Shown here piece by piece: positions 52,304-61,767 of a stretch of 64,000 nt of DNA (the stretch's first letter is position 1; every line of letters starts with the position of its first letter). Origin of the DNA: Deltaproteobacteria bacterium (lineage in GTDB: Bacteria; Myxococcota; Kuafuiibacteriia; Kuafuiibacteriales; Kuafuiibacteriaceae). Both the position numbers and the translations under genes were made by a program. Below the pieces are notes generated by a model that saw only the letters and a list, made by a program, of their open reading frames with translations, made no database searches and was not told where the DNA came from. The stretch lies in the NCBI GenBank assembly GCA_040218735.1, contig JAVJQW010000046.1, positions 288,001-352,000 on the forward strand, written 5' to 3'.

Positions 52304-53582
52304 TCAGCCGGTACAGGTAGTTTCGATCGATCCCCGCGTCGCGTGACGCCGCGGAGATGTTGCCGTCGTGCCGCTCCAGCAAGCGCTTTACGTACGCGCG
52401 CTCGAACGCGACGACGATCTGCTCCTTCGCCTCCTTGAAGGGGAGGTCGGGGGCTTCGCCCGCCGGCTCTTCGGGACGCGACGCCGTCGAGGTCATGGGG
52501 ATGGCGTGCTCGGCGCCGAGGTGGACGGCGCGCTCGATCGCGTTGCGGAGCTCGCGCACGTTGCCGGGCCACTGGTACGCGAGCATCGCGCTCTCGATCG
52601 GGCCGTCGAGCTCCAGGGCGTCCTTCGCGCCGAGCTGCTCGAGGATGTGCTCGGCGATAAGCAGCACGTCTTCGCCGCGGTCGCGGAGCGGGGGCAGCGG
52701 TACCGTCACCACGGCGAGGCGGAAGAAGAGGTCGCGACGGAAGCGACCGGCTTCGACTTCGTCCTGCAGCGCGCGGTGCGTTGCGGCGACGAGGCGGACG
52801 TCGACGGGGCGACGCCCGGTCTCGCCGAGGCGCTGGATCGTCTTGGACTCCACGGCGCGGAGCAACTTGGGTTGCAGGTCGAGCGGGAGCTCGCCGATCT
52901 CGTCGAGGAACAACGTCCCGCCGGAGGCCGCTTCGAACGCGCCGACGCGATCCGCCTGCGCGGAGGTGAACGCGCCGGCCTTGTGGCCGAACAGCTCGCT
53001 CTCGATCAGGTCGTGCGGGATGGCGCCGCAGTCGACGACGACCAACGGGCCGCCGGCGCGCGACGAACGTTCGTGGATGGCCTGCGCGACGAGCTCCTTA
53101 CCGGTGCCGGTCTCGCCGAGCACCAGAATCGTGGCGTTCGAGTCCGCGGTGCGCTCGAGCATCGCGTACACGGAGCGCATCGCGCGCGAGCGTCCGAGCA
53201 GCGGCCCGAAGCGCTCGGCGGAGGAGGGCGCCATCGTCGGTCGCTCGGCGGCGTCGATCGTGAGCTCGAGCCCCGCGGGGCCGCCGACGCGAATCGACGC
53301 ACCCGGCCCCACGCGCACCTCGGTGATGCGACCTCCGCCGAAGAAGGTGCCGTTCTTGGACCCGACGTCGCGGACGAGCACGCGTTGGGCCTCCGCGCGG
53401 ATCTCGAGGTGGTAGCGGGAGACGCCCTGGGCGTCGATGACCACGTCGTTTTCGCCGTGTTTGCCGACGAGGAGCGTCCCGTCGATCGGGATCCGCTCCG
53501 GCCCGGCCTCGCGTGGCACCACGAGCACGAACGACAGAGGACCGCGTCGTCCGGAGGCGCCCAGCTCCACGGTTTCGGTCAC
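52278..53582 (-). CDS. FHA-domain sigma54-dependent transcriptional activator
   Basis: FHA (VGK, VSRYH, DVGSKNGT), GETGTGKE, ESELFGH.AGAFT.A, FLDEIGE, WPGNVREL, Fis HTH. Confidence 0.95.
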   Translation of the reverse strand: MTETVELGASGRRGPLSFVLVVPREAGPERIPIDGTLLVGKHGENDVVIDAQGVSRYHLEIRAEAQRVLVRDVGSKNGTFFGGGRITEVRVGPGASIRVGGPAGLELTIDAAERPTMAPSSAERFGPLLGRSRAMRSVYAMLERTADSNATILVLGETGTGKELVAQAIHERSSRAGGPLVVVDCGAIPHDLIESELFGHKAGAFTSAQADRVGAFEAASGGTLFLDEIGELPLDLQPKLLRAVESKTIQRLGETGRRPVDVRLVAATHRALQDEVEAGRFRRDLFFRLAVVTVPLPPLRDRGEDVLLIAEHILEQLGAKDALELDGPIESAMLAYQWPGNVRELRNAIERAVHLGAEHAIPMTSTASRPEEPAGEAPDLPFKEAKEQIVVAFERAYVKRLLERHDGNISAASRDAGIDRNYLYRLIKKHQLES

Positions 53583-53642
53583 GCTCTACCGTTTAGCATG
53601 GCGGCGTTTACAGCACCCCTCGGGGTGCGTATAGATCCGCTC

Positions 53643-54767
53643 ATGGGCGCCATCTGGGACCGAATCACCTCGCAATTCATCGAAATCATTGAGTGGCTCG
53701 ACGACGACCACGACACGCTCGTCTGGCGCTTCCCCGTCCGCGCCCAAGAGATCAAGAACGGCGCGAAGCTCATCGTCCGCGAAGGACAGTCCGCCTGCTT
53801 CGTGAACGAGGGCAAGCTCGCCGACGTCTTCGGACCCGGCACCTACACCCTCACCACCCAGAACCTCCCCATTCTCGCCACCCTCAAGGGCTGGAAGTAC
53901 GGCTTCAACTCGCCGTTCAAGGCGGAGGTCTACTTCGTCAACACGACGCAGTTCACGGACCTCAAGTGGGGCACGCAGAACCCGATCATGCTGCGGGACC
54001 CCGAGTTCGGGCCGATCCGCTTGCGCGCCTTCGGCATCTTCGCCGCTCGGGTCGGCGACCCGTCGAAGTTCCTGCGCCAGGTCGCGGGCACCGACGGCGA
54101 GTACGAGGTCGACGAGATCCTCGGGCAGCTCAAGCGCACGCTCGTGTCGCGGTTCACGCAGGCGCTCGGCGCCGCGAAGATCGCCGCGCTCGACCTCGCC
54201 GGTAACTACGACGAGATCGGCAAGAAGGTCGTCGGCCCCATCCGCGCGGACTTCGACGACATGGGCATCGAGATCACGAAGTTCATCATCGAGAACATCT
54301 CGCTGCCGCCGGCGGTGGAGAAGGTCCTCGATACGCGCAGCGAGATGGCCATCCTCGGCAACATGAACCAGTACGCGCAGTACCAGATGGCCAACGCCAT
54401 CCCGGACGCCGCGAAGGCGCCCAACAGCATGGCGGGCGCGGGCATGGGCCTCGCGGCCGGCATGGGCATGGGCGGCCAGATGGCGAACATGATGGGCGGC
54501 ATGATGCCCGGACAGCATCAGCAGCACCCGCAGCAGCAGCAGCAGTACATGGGCGCGGGCGTCGGGATGCCCGGCGGGCAGATGATGGGCGGAGTGGTGC
54601 AGCAGGCTCCGCAACAGCCGCCCCCGCAGCAGCAAGCTCCGCAGCAGCAACAGCAGCAGCCTTCGATGGTCGACCGCCTCAAGAAGCTCGACGCGCTCAA
54701 GGCGGCGGGTGTGCTGTCGGACGAGGAGTACGCGAGCAAGCGTGCGGAGATCCTCTCCGAGATCTGA
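53643..54767 (+). CDS. SPFH/band-7 (YdjI-like) protein with Q/G/M-rich linker and SHOCT domain
   Basis: IEIIEW, IKNGAKLIVREGQ, SPFKAEVYF, KWGT.NP, C-terminal RLKKL..LK.AGVLSDEEY..KR.EIL. Confidence 0.92.
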   Translation: MGAIWDRITSQFIEIIEWLDDDHDTLVWRFPVRAQEIKNGAKLIVREGQSACFVNEGKLADVFGPGTYTLTTQNLPILATLKGWKYGFNSPFKAEVYFVNTTQFTDLKWGTQNPIMLRDPEFGPIRLRAFGIFAARVGDPSKFLRQVAGTDGEYEVDEILGQLKRTLVSRFTQALGAAKIAALDLAGNYDEIGKKVVGPIRADFDDMGIEITKFIIENISLPPAVEKVLDTRSEMAILGNMNQYAQYQMANAIPDAAKAPNSMAGAGMGLAAGMGMGGQMANMMGGMMPGQHQQHPQQQQQYMGAGVGMPGGQMMGGVVQQAPQQPPPQQQAPQQQQQQPSMVDRLKKLDALKAAGVLSDEEYASKRAEILSEI

Positions 54768-54768
54768 C

Positions 54769-55461
54769 GTGCGTTACCTCGCGATCGCCGCGCTCACGCT
54801 GACCGCCTGCGGGACGGGGCGCTTCTACGTCGGCGAGCTGGTGACGAACACGCCGATGTCGTCCCAGGGCGGCGTCACCCTCGAGGCCGCGTTCGACGGC
54901 CACTTCCTCGAGCTCACGATTCACAACACGAGCGAAGCCCCAGTCACCCTCGACTGGGCGCAATCGGCCGTGACGCTCGCAGACCCTTGGGACCGCGAGC
55001 ATGTCATGGTGCCGCTCGCGTTTGCGCTCGAGCGCATGGGGGAGGTGCAGGGAACGGAGGGCCGCTCGATGCCGTACGCGGTCGATGTCGAGGTGTCGAT
55101 ACGTCCCATCGCGCCCGAGCGTGTCCCCATCGCGGACCCGCTTCGGGTGGAGGCCGGCGAGCGCGTGGTCGTGAAACTCGCGGACCGTGGCGGTTGGACG
55201 CAAGTCTGCGCGTCTGACAACGGCCAGCATTGCTCGGTGCGGCTCGTCCCGATCGCGCGGCTCGTGAAGCGCGAGGCGGATCAGGTTCGCGGCGCGACCG
55301 GCACTCCGTGGAAGGTCCACGTGCGTTACGCGCCCGGTGAAGTTCGACGGACGCTAGAGGTCGAGGTGACCGAGGTCGCCGTGTACGCCGGGAGGTTCTG
55401 CCCGCTCGCCCGGGTCCGCTTCGATCACTTCTGTCCGATCCGCGGGGAACGCATCCCCTGA
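54769..55461 (+). CDS. Hypothetical lipoprotein
   Basis: GTG 1 nt after the upstream stop; lipobox LTA-C. Confidence 0.65.
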   Translation: MRYLAIAALTLTACGTGRFYVGELVTNTPMSSQGGVTLEAAFDGHFLELTIHNTSEAPVTLDWAQSAVTLADPWDREHVMVPLAFALERMGEVQGTEGRSMPYAVDVEVSIRPIAPERVPIADPLRVEAGERVVVKLADRGGWTQVCASDNGQHCSVRLVPIARLVKREADQVRGATGTPWKVHVRYAPGEVRRTLEVEVTEVAVYAGRFCPLARVRFDHFCPIRGERIP

Positions 55462-55465
55462 CTGG

Positions 55466-56767
55466 TCAGCGCAGCGTCACCGCGGTGACGTTCCGGATTG
55501 CGTGCACGCCGTCGAACGCCTCGGTGGGGACGATCGTTTCGCCGCGGTACGTGAACCTCCCGGAGAAGTCGACGAGGTCCGTGTCGCTCGGGAGGAAGAA
55601 CGCCTCGGCGTCGGAGGCCGCGAAGATCACCCCCGCGAGGGCCGCCGCGGAGTGGAAGTAGTCGCGCGCGACGAAGCCGTTCGCGGTCGGCGCGAGCTCG
55701 CGCCCGCCTTCGTAGAACTGGAAGATCGTGCGGTAGTTGTCGCCCATCATCGTCGCGAGTGACGCGCCGACCGACGGCGTCGGCTCGCCGGACAGATCGA
55801 TGCCGATGTCGATCGTGCGGTGGCAGTGTCCGTTGTGCGCGAGCATCACGATCGGACCGGCGTCGCCGCGCCGTTGGAGGAGGTCCAACATGTTCCGTGT
55901 CATGCCCGGCTCGCGGTAGGTCGCGTTGCCGCCTTCGAAGTCTCCGTCGTAGAAGCGTGCGAGGAAGCGCTGGCCGTCGGCGAGGTTGACGAGGTCGCGC
56001 TCGAGTCTGCGGACGGCGTCTTCGCTGGTCGCGGCCACGTGGGCTGCGCGCCGATCGGCGATCTCGTTCGCCAGCGCGTCGGCGGAGTCCGCGATGCGGT
56101 CCGGCGAGGTGAGGAACGCCCGACGCCAGCGGTCCGTCGTCTCCGGCTCCACCCGGTCGAGGTGATCGAGGATCGACTGGATCGTCGCGGCGGACTGCAC
56201 CGCGACGTCGAAGCCCGTGATGTGGAGGTCCTCGTCGATGTCGATGGTCGCGATGAAACGGAGCAGCGCCTCGCGCTCCTCGGAGGCGCCGAGTGAACCG
56301 GCCATGTCCCTGAAGCCGCGCGCGAGGTCACGTTCGTCGCGGGTGTCGAGGTACAGGTCCCACGCCTCGGTGGTCGCCTCGGTGGCCTCGAACACGATCG
56401 TGCGTGCGCCAAGGTCCTCGATCAGGTGTCGGAGCAACAGCCCGTGGGCGTAGATGCTCTCGGCGACGCCGTGGGAGTCCTCGCCGAGGCAGATCACGTC
56501 CGCGTCTGCGAGCTGTCGTTCGATCGAACGCGCCGCGCACGCGATGTCGTCCGCGGTCGGCGCCGGAGCCAGCAGCGGCGCAGGTGCGACGCCGATCGGC
56601 TCCGCCGGGTCTGCGCAGCGTGGGATCACACCGCCGTCTCTCGATCCGGCGTCCACCTCCACGGCCACCCCTCCGTCGCGCGGCGGTGGCGTCGCCTCTG
56701 GCTCCGTTCCGGCGCAGCCGATGCCGAGCGCACAGGTGACCCACAGCGTGATGGTTGCCGATCGCAC
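55466..56767 (-). CDS. Erythromycin esterase family lipoprotein
   Basis: ICLGEDSHG, IVFE, GFDV, RE..M..N, AHNGH; N-terminal GIG-C lipobox. Confidence 0.82.
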   Translation of the reverse strand: MRSATITLWVTCALGIGCAGTEPEATPPPRDGGVAVEVDAGSRDGGVIPRCADPAEPIGVAPAPLLAPAPTADDIACAARSIERQLADADVICLGEDSHGVAESIYAHGLLLRHLIEDLGARTIVFEATEATTEAWDLYLDTRDERDLARGFRDMAGSLGASEEREALLRFIATIDIDEDLHITGFDVAVQSAATIQSILDHLDRVEPETTDRWRRAFLTSPDRIADSADALANEIADRRAAHVAATSEDAVRRLERDLVNLADGQRFLARFYDGDFEGGNATYREPGMTRNMLDLLQRRGDAGPIVMLAHNGHCHRTIDIGIDLSGEPTPSVGASLATMMGDNYRTIFQFYEGGRELAPTANGFVARDYFHSAAALAGVIFAASDAEAFFLPSDTDLVDFSGRFTYRGETIVPTEAFDGVHAIRNVTAVTLR

Positions 56768-56827
56768 ACTGCCGGTTGGTGCAACCCGCGATCCAACGGT
56801 GGCGTTGGCTTTCGAACGCCGACGCGA

Positions 56828-58825
56828 TCAGGCGGCGAGGAAGACTTCGGGGTGTTTGACGGCGAGCGCGGAGCTCGGGAAGCGGCACACAAACGTCGTG
56901 CCGGCACCGATCTTGGAGTCGACGTCGATCTGTCCGCCGACCGCCTCACACGCTTCGTGCACCGCGGCCAGCCCGACGCCGCGCCCCGAAGTGGAGGTCA
57001 CGTCGTCGCGGGTGCTGAGGCCGTCGTGGAACAGCGCGCGGACGAGGTCGTCGCGGTCTTCCGTGGGGAGGCCCAGCCGCGTCGCCTTCTCGGCGACGCG
57101 CGTCCAATCGATGCCGCGGCCGTCGTCGGTGAGTCGAACGATGAACTCGTCGCCCTCCATGACGGTCTCGAGGCGGATGTGGCCGGAGCCTTCCTTGCCG
57201 AGCGCGCGCCGCTCCTCGATCGACTCGAGCCCGTGGTCGACGGCGTTGCGCAGGAGGTGGATGTACGAGGACCAGAACGGGGCCCACGCCTCTGCGTCCT
57301 GGCGCAGGCCGTGCCCGTCGACTTCGACCGCGATGTTCTGTTTGTCGAGCCGCGCGCCGATGCGGTGCACTTGCGACGCGAGTCGCTCGAGCCGACGCAC
57401 GGTGGGCTCCAGCTTCCACGCCACCATCGACTCGGCGATCTGCTCGCGCGGCGCATTCTCCAGGACCTCGCGGAGGACGTTCTTGAACTGGTCGTCGTCG
57501 ACCTCGATCTTCGAGCTCTCTTCACCCCCGAGGAGCACGTCGAGGCTCTCGCAGAGTCGATCCCAAGCCTGGGCGAGGCTCTCGCGAAGCTCGGCAGACG
57601 GACGTCCACCTTCCTCTTTGAGCGCCTCTTCGATCGCGTGACAGCGGTCCGAGATCCGGTGGATGCCGAACACTGCGGCGTTGCCCTTGAGCGTGTGGAT
57701 GACCCGCTTGAGCAGCGGCATCTGCTCGATCTCGTCGGAGACGATGAGTTGAATCTGGCGCTTCGCCTCTTCGAAGAACTCGAGGAAGCCCGCCTTGTCC
57801 TTGAGGATTCGGTCGAGGATGTACAAGACCTCGCGCTGCTCGCTCTCGAGTCGCTCGTGTTCGAGCTGGCTCGTGATGTCGGACATGACCACGAGGACGC
57901 CCGACCAGTCGTCGGTCGATGCGTCGGACGACATGGGCTGGTAGTCGACCTGGAGCGTGCGGTCCTCGAACTCGATCCGCGAGGGCGCGAGGTCCAGGTT
58001 GCACTCGACGGGCAGAAGGTCTTCTTCGACCTGCTCCCACGCCACACGGAAGTTCTCCGCGAATGCGGGGGCCTTCGCCTCGACGAGGTCGCCCAGGTCC
58101 GCTGCGTCGTCGCCCCCGAACCACCTGGAAACTGCAGCGGAGCGCTCCGCCGCGAGCGCGCCGGAGCGGTCGAGCGTGAGGAAGCCCTGCTGGACGTTGT
58201 CGAGGAGGACGCGCATGTCCTGGTTGCGTTTGTCGAGGGCGGCGGTGCGGCTCTGGACGATCTTCTCCAGGCCGATGACGTTGTCGAAGAAGCTGCGCGC
58301 GATGAAGCAGGTCGCGACGGACTCCAGCACGACGAACGCTGCGTGAATGGCGACCACCCAGATCGGCGCGTCGTAGTTGAAGACACTGGTGGGGAGGTAG
58401 AGCCAGAGCAGCAGGTGGTGCAGCGCCACGGTGACCGCCGCGGTGACGATGACCATGGGGTTGCCGAACATCGCCAGCATGGCGAGGAGCGCGAAGAAGT
58501 AGAAGTGCATTTCGATCTGCACGGGGCCCTGACCGAAGTGGACGAGGAGTCCGCCCATGAGCATCGCGGTGACGCCGTAGGACACGGAGACCAGACGCGG
58601 GCTCTTGAAGGTCTTGTAGGCCAGGACCGGTCCGACGAGGACGAAGGAGGTCAGGGCGACCGCCGACAGCGGACCCGTGTCGTTGAAGAACGCCACGAGT
58701 ACGAACACCGGCAGGTGCGCGACGAAGAACCACAAACCGATTCGGTTCATGCGTGCGAGGTACTGGCGCTCGAAGTCGGTGACCTCACTGGGGAGGCGTA
58801 CGTAGGCGGCGATTCGGGACCACAT
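56828..58825 (-). CDS. Membrane sensor - PAS - HPt - HATPase kinase (CheA-like, no CheW domain)
   Basis: Multi-TM N-domain (IEMHFYFF, HH, IHAAFVVLE), LLDNVQQGFL, IHTLKGNA, HLLRNAVDHGLE, DDGRGID, SGRGVGL. Confidence 0.88.
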   Translation of the reverse strand: MWSRIAAYVRLPSEVTDFERQYLARMNRIGLWFFVAHLPVFVLVAFFNDTGPLSAVALTSFVLVGPVLAYKTFKSPRLVSVSYGVTAMLMGGLLVHFGQGPVQIEMHFYFFALLAMLAMFGNPMVIVTAAVTVALHHLLLWLYLPTSVFNYDAPIWVVAIHAAFVVLESVATCFIARSFFDNVIGLEKIVQSRTAALDKRNQDMRVLLDNVQQGFLTLDRSGALAAERSAAVSRWFGGDDAADLGDLVEAKAPAFAENFRVAWEQVEEDLLPVECNLDLAPSRIEFEDRTLQVDYQPMSSDASTDDWSGVLVVMSDITSQLEHERLESEQREVLYILDRILKDKAGFLEFFEEAKRQIQLIVSDEIEQMPLLKRVIHTLKGNAAVFGIHRISDRCHAIEEALKEEGGRPSAELRESLAQAWDRLCESLDVLLGGEESSKIEVDDDQFKNVLREVLENAPREQIAESMVAWKLEPTVRRLERLASQVHRIGARLDKQNIAVEVDGHGLRQDAEAWAPFWSSYIHLLRNAVDHGLESIEERRALGKEGSGHIRLETVMEGDEFIVRLTDDGRGIDWTRVAEKATRLGLPTEDRDDLVRALFHDGLSTRDDVTSTSGRGVGLAAVHEACEAVGGQIDVDSKIGAGTTFVCRFPSSALAVKHPEVFLAA

Positions 58826-58845
58826 TGCCTGCTATGTTCGGTAGA

Positions 58846-59448
58846 TCAGTATTTGAGCTTGAGCGGATCGAGGATGCTCTGGAGCTCAAAGCTCACCGCG
58901 CATCCAAATAGAGGCAGCTCGATGGTGCGCGCTGCCTCATCGCGGAGCGTTCGAAGTGTTGCGATGTCTCGAATGTCGGCACCCTGCTTTCGCTCGGTGT
59001 ACCCACCGGCGTAGCGAATGCGGTCCGAGGGATCGAGCACGACCATCATCGGGGCGGCCTCGATGCGGTAGTCGGCGGCGAGCGCCTCTGGCGTGACCAC
59101 CACGACGGCGAACCCGGCTGCGCGCGCCCGCGCCTCGAGCGCATCGTCTTCCTCGACGAGCAACACGACCTCTTCGAGATCGTCGGGGCGCTCCGAAGAG
59201 AAGAGGTGGTCCAGCACACGCACCGAGCAGGGGCAGCTCGAGTAGAGGACGTGGACCGCGAACCAACCGCGGTCGCGCCCGGCGGGGCGAAGCGCCTCGA
59301 GCGCCGAGCCGAGCTGCGCGTCGTCCGCGGCGGGTTTCGGCAGCGTGTACCAGTGCCCGACCATCAGCGTGCCGGCGCCGATCGTCGACACACCGAGCCA
59401 GGCGGCGAACGTCAGTCGGACAATCCAGGACGGCATCGGCCGATCCAT
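58846..59448 (-). CDS. Membrane-anchored thioredoxin-fold protein with CxC motif (RedB-like)
   Basis: N-terminal TM, VHVLYSSCPCS, AAP..VVLDP..RIRYAGGY, C-terminal FGCA; start uncertain. Confidence 0.7.
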   Translation of the reverse strand: MDRPMPSWIVRLTFAAWLGVSTIGAGTLMVGHWYTLPKPAADDAQLGSALEALRPAGRDRGWFAVHVLYSSCPCSVRVLDHLFSSERPDDLEEVVLLVEEDDALEARARAAGFAVVVVTPEALAADYRIEAAPMMVVLDPSDRIRYAGGYTERKQGADIRDIATLRTLRDEAARTIELPLFGCAVSFELQSILDPLKLKY

Positions 59449-59524
59449 CGGCCGCACCCGCGTGGGTGATGAGATTGTGTCGAATTACGAGGCACGCGAG
59501 GGCGCGTCGCCCGCGGTTCACCGA

Positions 59525-61618
59525 TCAGAGCGCAGCTTCGGCGTGATCGACCCAGGACTTGAGCGTCGCGACGCGTTTGTCTTCGGGCGACAGCGTCTCG
59601 GCGCGACCGACGATCGCTTTGAGCACGGGGACCTTCCCGCCGGCCTGGTAGCCCGGGTTGTAGTAGATCGCGCGCGCGAGACCGATCAGGTAGACGTGCT
59701 CCTCGGAGCACAGCGCGACCGCGTCTCGGAACGCCTCTTCCGCCGACGCGAAGTTGCCCTGGCCGAGCAACGTGACGCCGCGCTGGAAGTGCTCGCGGGA
59801 CAGGGTGCGCTCCGGCGTCTCCAACGCGGAGCCGTCCGGACCGCGGGGCAGGGGCTTCGCGTAGACGAGCGGGCGCGGGATCATCCCTTCGCCGTTCGTC
59901 GGCGCGGGCATCGGCGGGATCTCTTCGCCGTTCGCGGGCGCCGCCGGTACCGGCGCGCTGCTGCTCGGTGCGGGCTTGGGCGCAAACGTCGGGGACGGCG
60001 TGCTCGGAGGCGGCGGAGGTGGCGTGGTGCCACCCCCCACGGACGCGATACCGCTGCCGCCGATCGCCGACGGCACCGACGAGTTGAAGACACCCGCGCC
60101 ACCCTGCGTGAACGCGGGAGGCTGCTCGGTCGTCGGCTCCGCGGGCGGCGGAGGCGGCGGCTGGGTCATGCCGGGCGACGACGTCGAGGCGGCCGGGATC
60201 TGCGAGGCGCGCGCTTCCAGCTCGCGGGCGCGCTCGCGCTCCTCGCGGATGCGGGACTCGAACTCGTTCACGCCCGGCGTGAACTCCTCGACCTCCTCAC
60301 ACGTGGTGAGGATCGCGAGCAGCTTCTTCGCTTCCACGAGCGCGATGCCCGTGATGTCTGCGGCGTCGGCCACGTTGTACGCGCGACCGCCGAACGCGAG
60401 GAACGCGGGCTCGGTCTCGCGGAGCGGGAAGGTGTTCTGCACCTCGTCGATCGACTTGCGCAGCTTGAAGTAGCGCGCGTCGATGTCGCCGAGGATCTGT
60501 TCGAGCACCGGCTCGTCGGCGTGTTGACGAAGGCCCTCGGCGAGGACGTGCGCGACGTCCAAACGGTACGGCCGCTCGTCGGTCGGGATGGGGCGCTTGC
60601 TGTCGAACTCGAAGGCGCCCTGCCGCGCCTCGAAGCAGCCCGCGATCTGATCGCGTGCGTTCGTCCCCAGCTCGTTGCCAAGCTCCGCCGAGGTGAAGAA
60701 GCCGAGATCGATCAGCGCTTGGCCGAGACGAATGCCGCGTTCGATCGCGCGCTTCGCGCCGTCCGCGTACTGGGCTTCGGTGATGCGGCCACGCGCCACG
60801 AGGGCGCGGCCGAGTTGGTCTCCGGGGATGCTCGACTCGACGTGGACCGGCTGGCCCGACTCGAAGTGGATGGTGAGCGTCTCGTGATCGCGCGCGACGA
60901 TCAGGGCACCGGTCGTTTGCTTCGACCAGCACTGGAACAGCACCTTGGCGAACCGCGCCGGTTCGAGGAGGCCCCCGAGCACCGGTGGCTCGTTCTTCGG
61001 TTGCGGTCGCCGCGAGGGTGGGCTCGCCACTTCGGAGATTTCGTCGATATCGAACGCGTCGCTGAGTTGGTCGTTCAACTGATCGCTCTCGAGCTGGTCC
61101 AAACGGCCAGCGATTTCGTCGAGGCCCGTGACGTCGCTGTACTTCAGCACGTCCTCACCGTCCGTGTCATCGACCAGGTTACCGTGGTCGGTGGCGCGGA
61201 AGTCGTGGGCGGTCGTCTTTTGAGGTGGATTGACGGCGATGTGCGTGAGGTCCTCGTCGTCCGATGCGAAGTCGTCGTCCTCGATGGAGAGGATGTCCGA
61301 CGCGATCCGGTAGATCGCCTGGGTGTCGATCGGATCCGGGATGAGGTGAATGAAATCGGCCGTCACGGTCTGCTGACCGCCGAGTACGATGGTCGGCGGG
61401 ACCTGGAGCCCGGCGTCGAAGCCGGCCAGCATCTCGATGGCGTCCTCTCCGTTCACGCTGCGGGAGAGGATGAGGAGCGAGACGTCCTGCTCGCCGAGTC
61501 GCTCTTGGAGGCGACCGGCTTTGCTGAGGATCTCCACGTCGCACTCGTCCCGCGCCAAGAGGAATCGCACCTTCTTGGCCAAGACGGAGTCTTGAGCGCA
61601 GACGAGGATGTGCTGCAT
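59525..61618 (-). CDS. Pseudo-receiver / DUF4388-like / Pro-rich linker / TPR protein
   Basis: REC-like N-terminus lacking the acidic pocket; TGALIV...TIHFESG.PV..ES...LG..LV..G.IT; G.FEF; C-terminal TPR (FQRGV.LL..GNF..A...FR.A). Confidence 0.75.
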   Translation of the reverse strand: MQHILVCAQDSVLAKKVRFLLARDECDVEILSKAGRLQERLGEQDVSLLILSRSVNGEDAIEMLAGFDAGLQVPPTIVLGGQQTVTADFIHLIPDPIDTQAIYRIASDILSIEDDDFASDDEDLTHIAVNPPQKTTAHDFRATDHGNLVDDTDGEDVLKYSDVTGLDEIAGRLDQLESDQLNDQLSDAFDIDEISEVASPPSRRPQPKNEPPVLGGLLEPARFAKVLFQCWSKQTTGALIVARDHETLTIHFESGQPVHVESSIPGDQLGRALVARGRITEAQYADGAKRAIERGIRLGQALIDLGFFTSAELGNELGTNARDQIAGCFEARQGAFEFDSKRPIPTDERPYRLDVAHVLAEGLRQHADEPVLEQILGDIDARYFKLRKSIDEVQNTFPLRETEPAFLAFGGRAYNVADAADITGIALVEAKKLLAILTTCEEVEEFTPGVNEFESRIREERERARELEARASQIPAASTSSPGMTQPPPPPPAEPTTEQPPAFTQGGAGVFNSSVPSAIGGSGIASVGGGTTPPPPPPSTPSPTFAPKPAPSSSAPVPAAPANGEEIPPMPAPTNGEGMIPRPLVYAKPLPRGPDGSALETPERTLSREHFQRGVTLLGQGNFASAEEAFRDAVALCSEEHVYLIGLARAIYYNPGYQAGGKVPVLKAIVGRAETLSPEDKRVATLKSWVDHAEAAL

Positions 61619-61767
61619 GCCGATCCAATGACCGGGCAAGCCCGATCCGGCCGTACGCTATCGACAAAGGCGAGCACGCTTCAAGTTTTGGGACCTTGAA
61701 AACGGCGGGCGGGTGCGTTTTTCCACCACACGTTGACCCGCTCCGAGCCCGGGGCTACCCGGCGGTC

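Noticed and set aside
52368-53642. Apparent long N-terminal extensions or fusions in the ORF track (SPFH 799 aa, ferredoxin 471 aa, desaturases 653/757 aa, ECH 330 aa)
   Set aside because: Extensions overlap other real genes; better starts with RBS or stop-start overlap exist downstream
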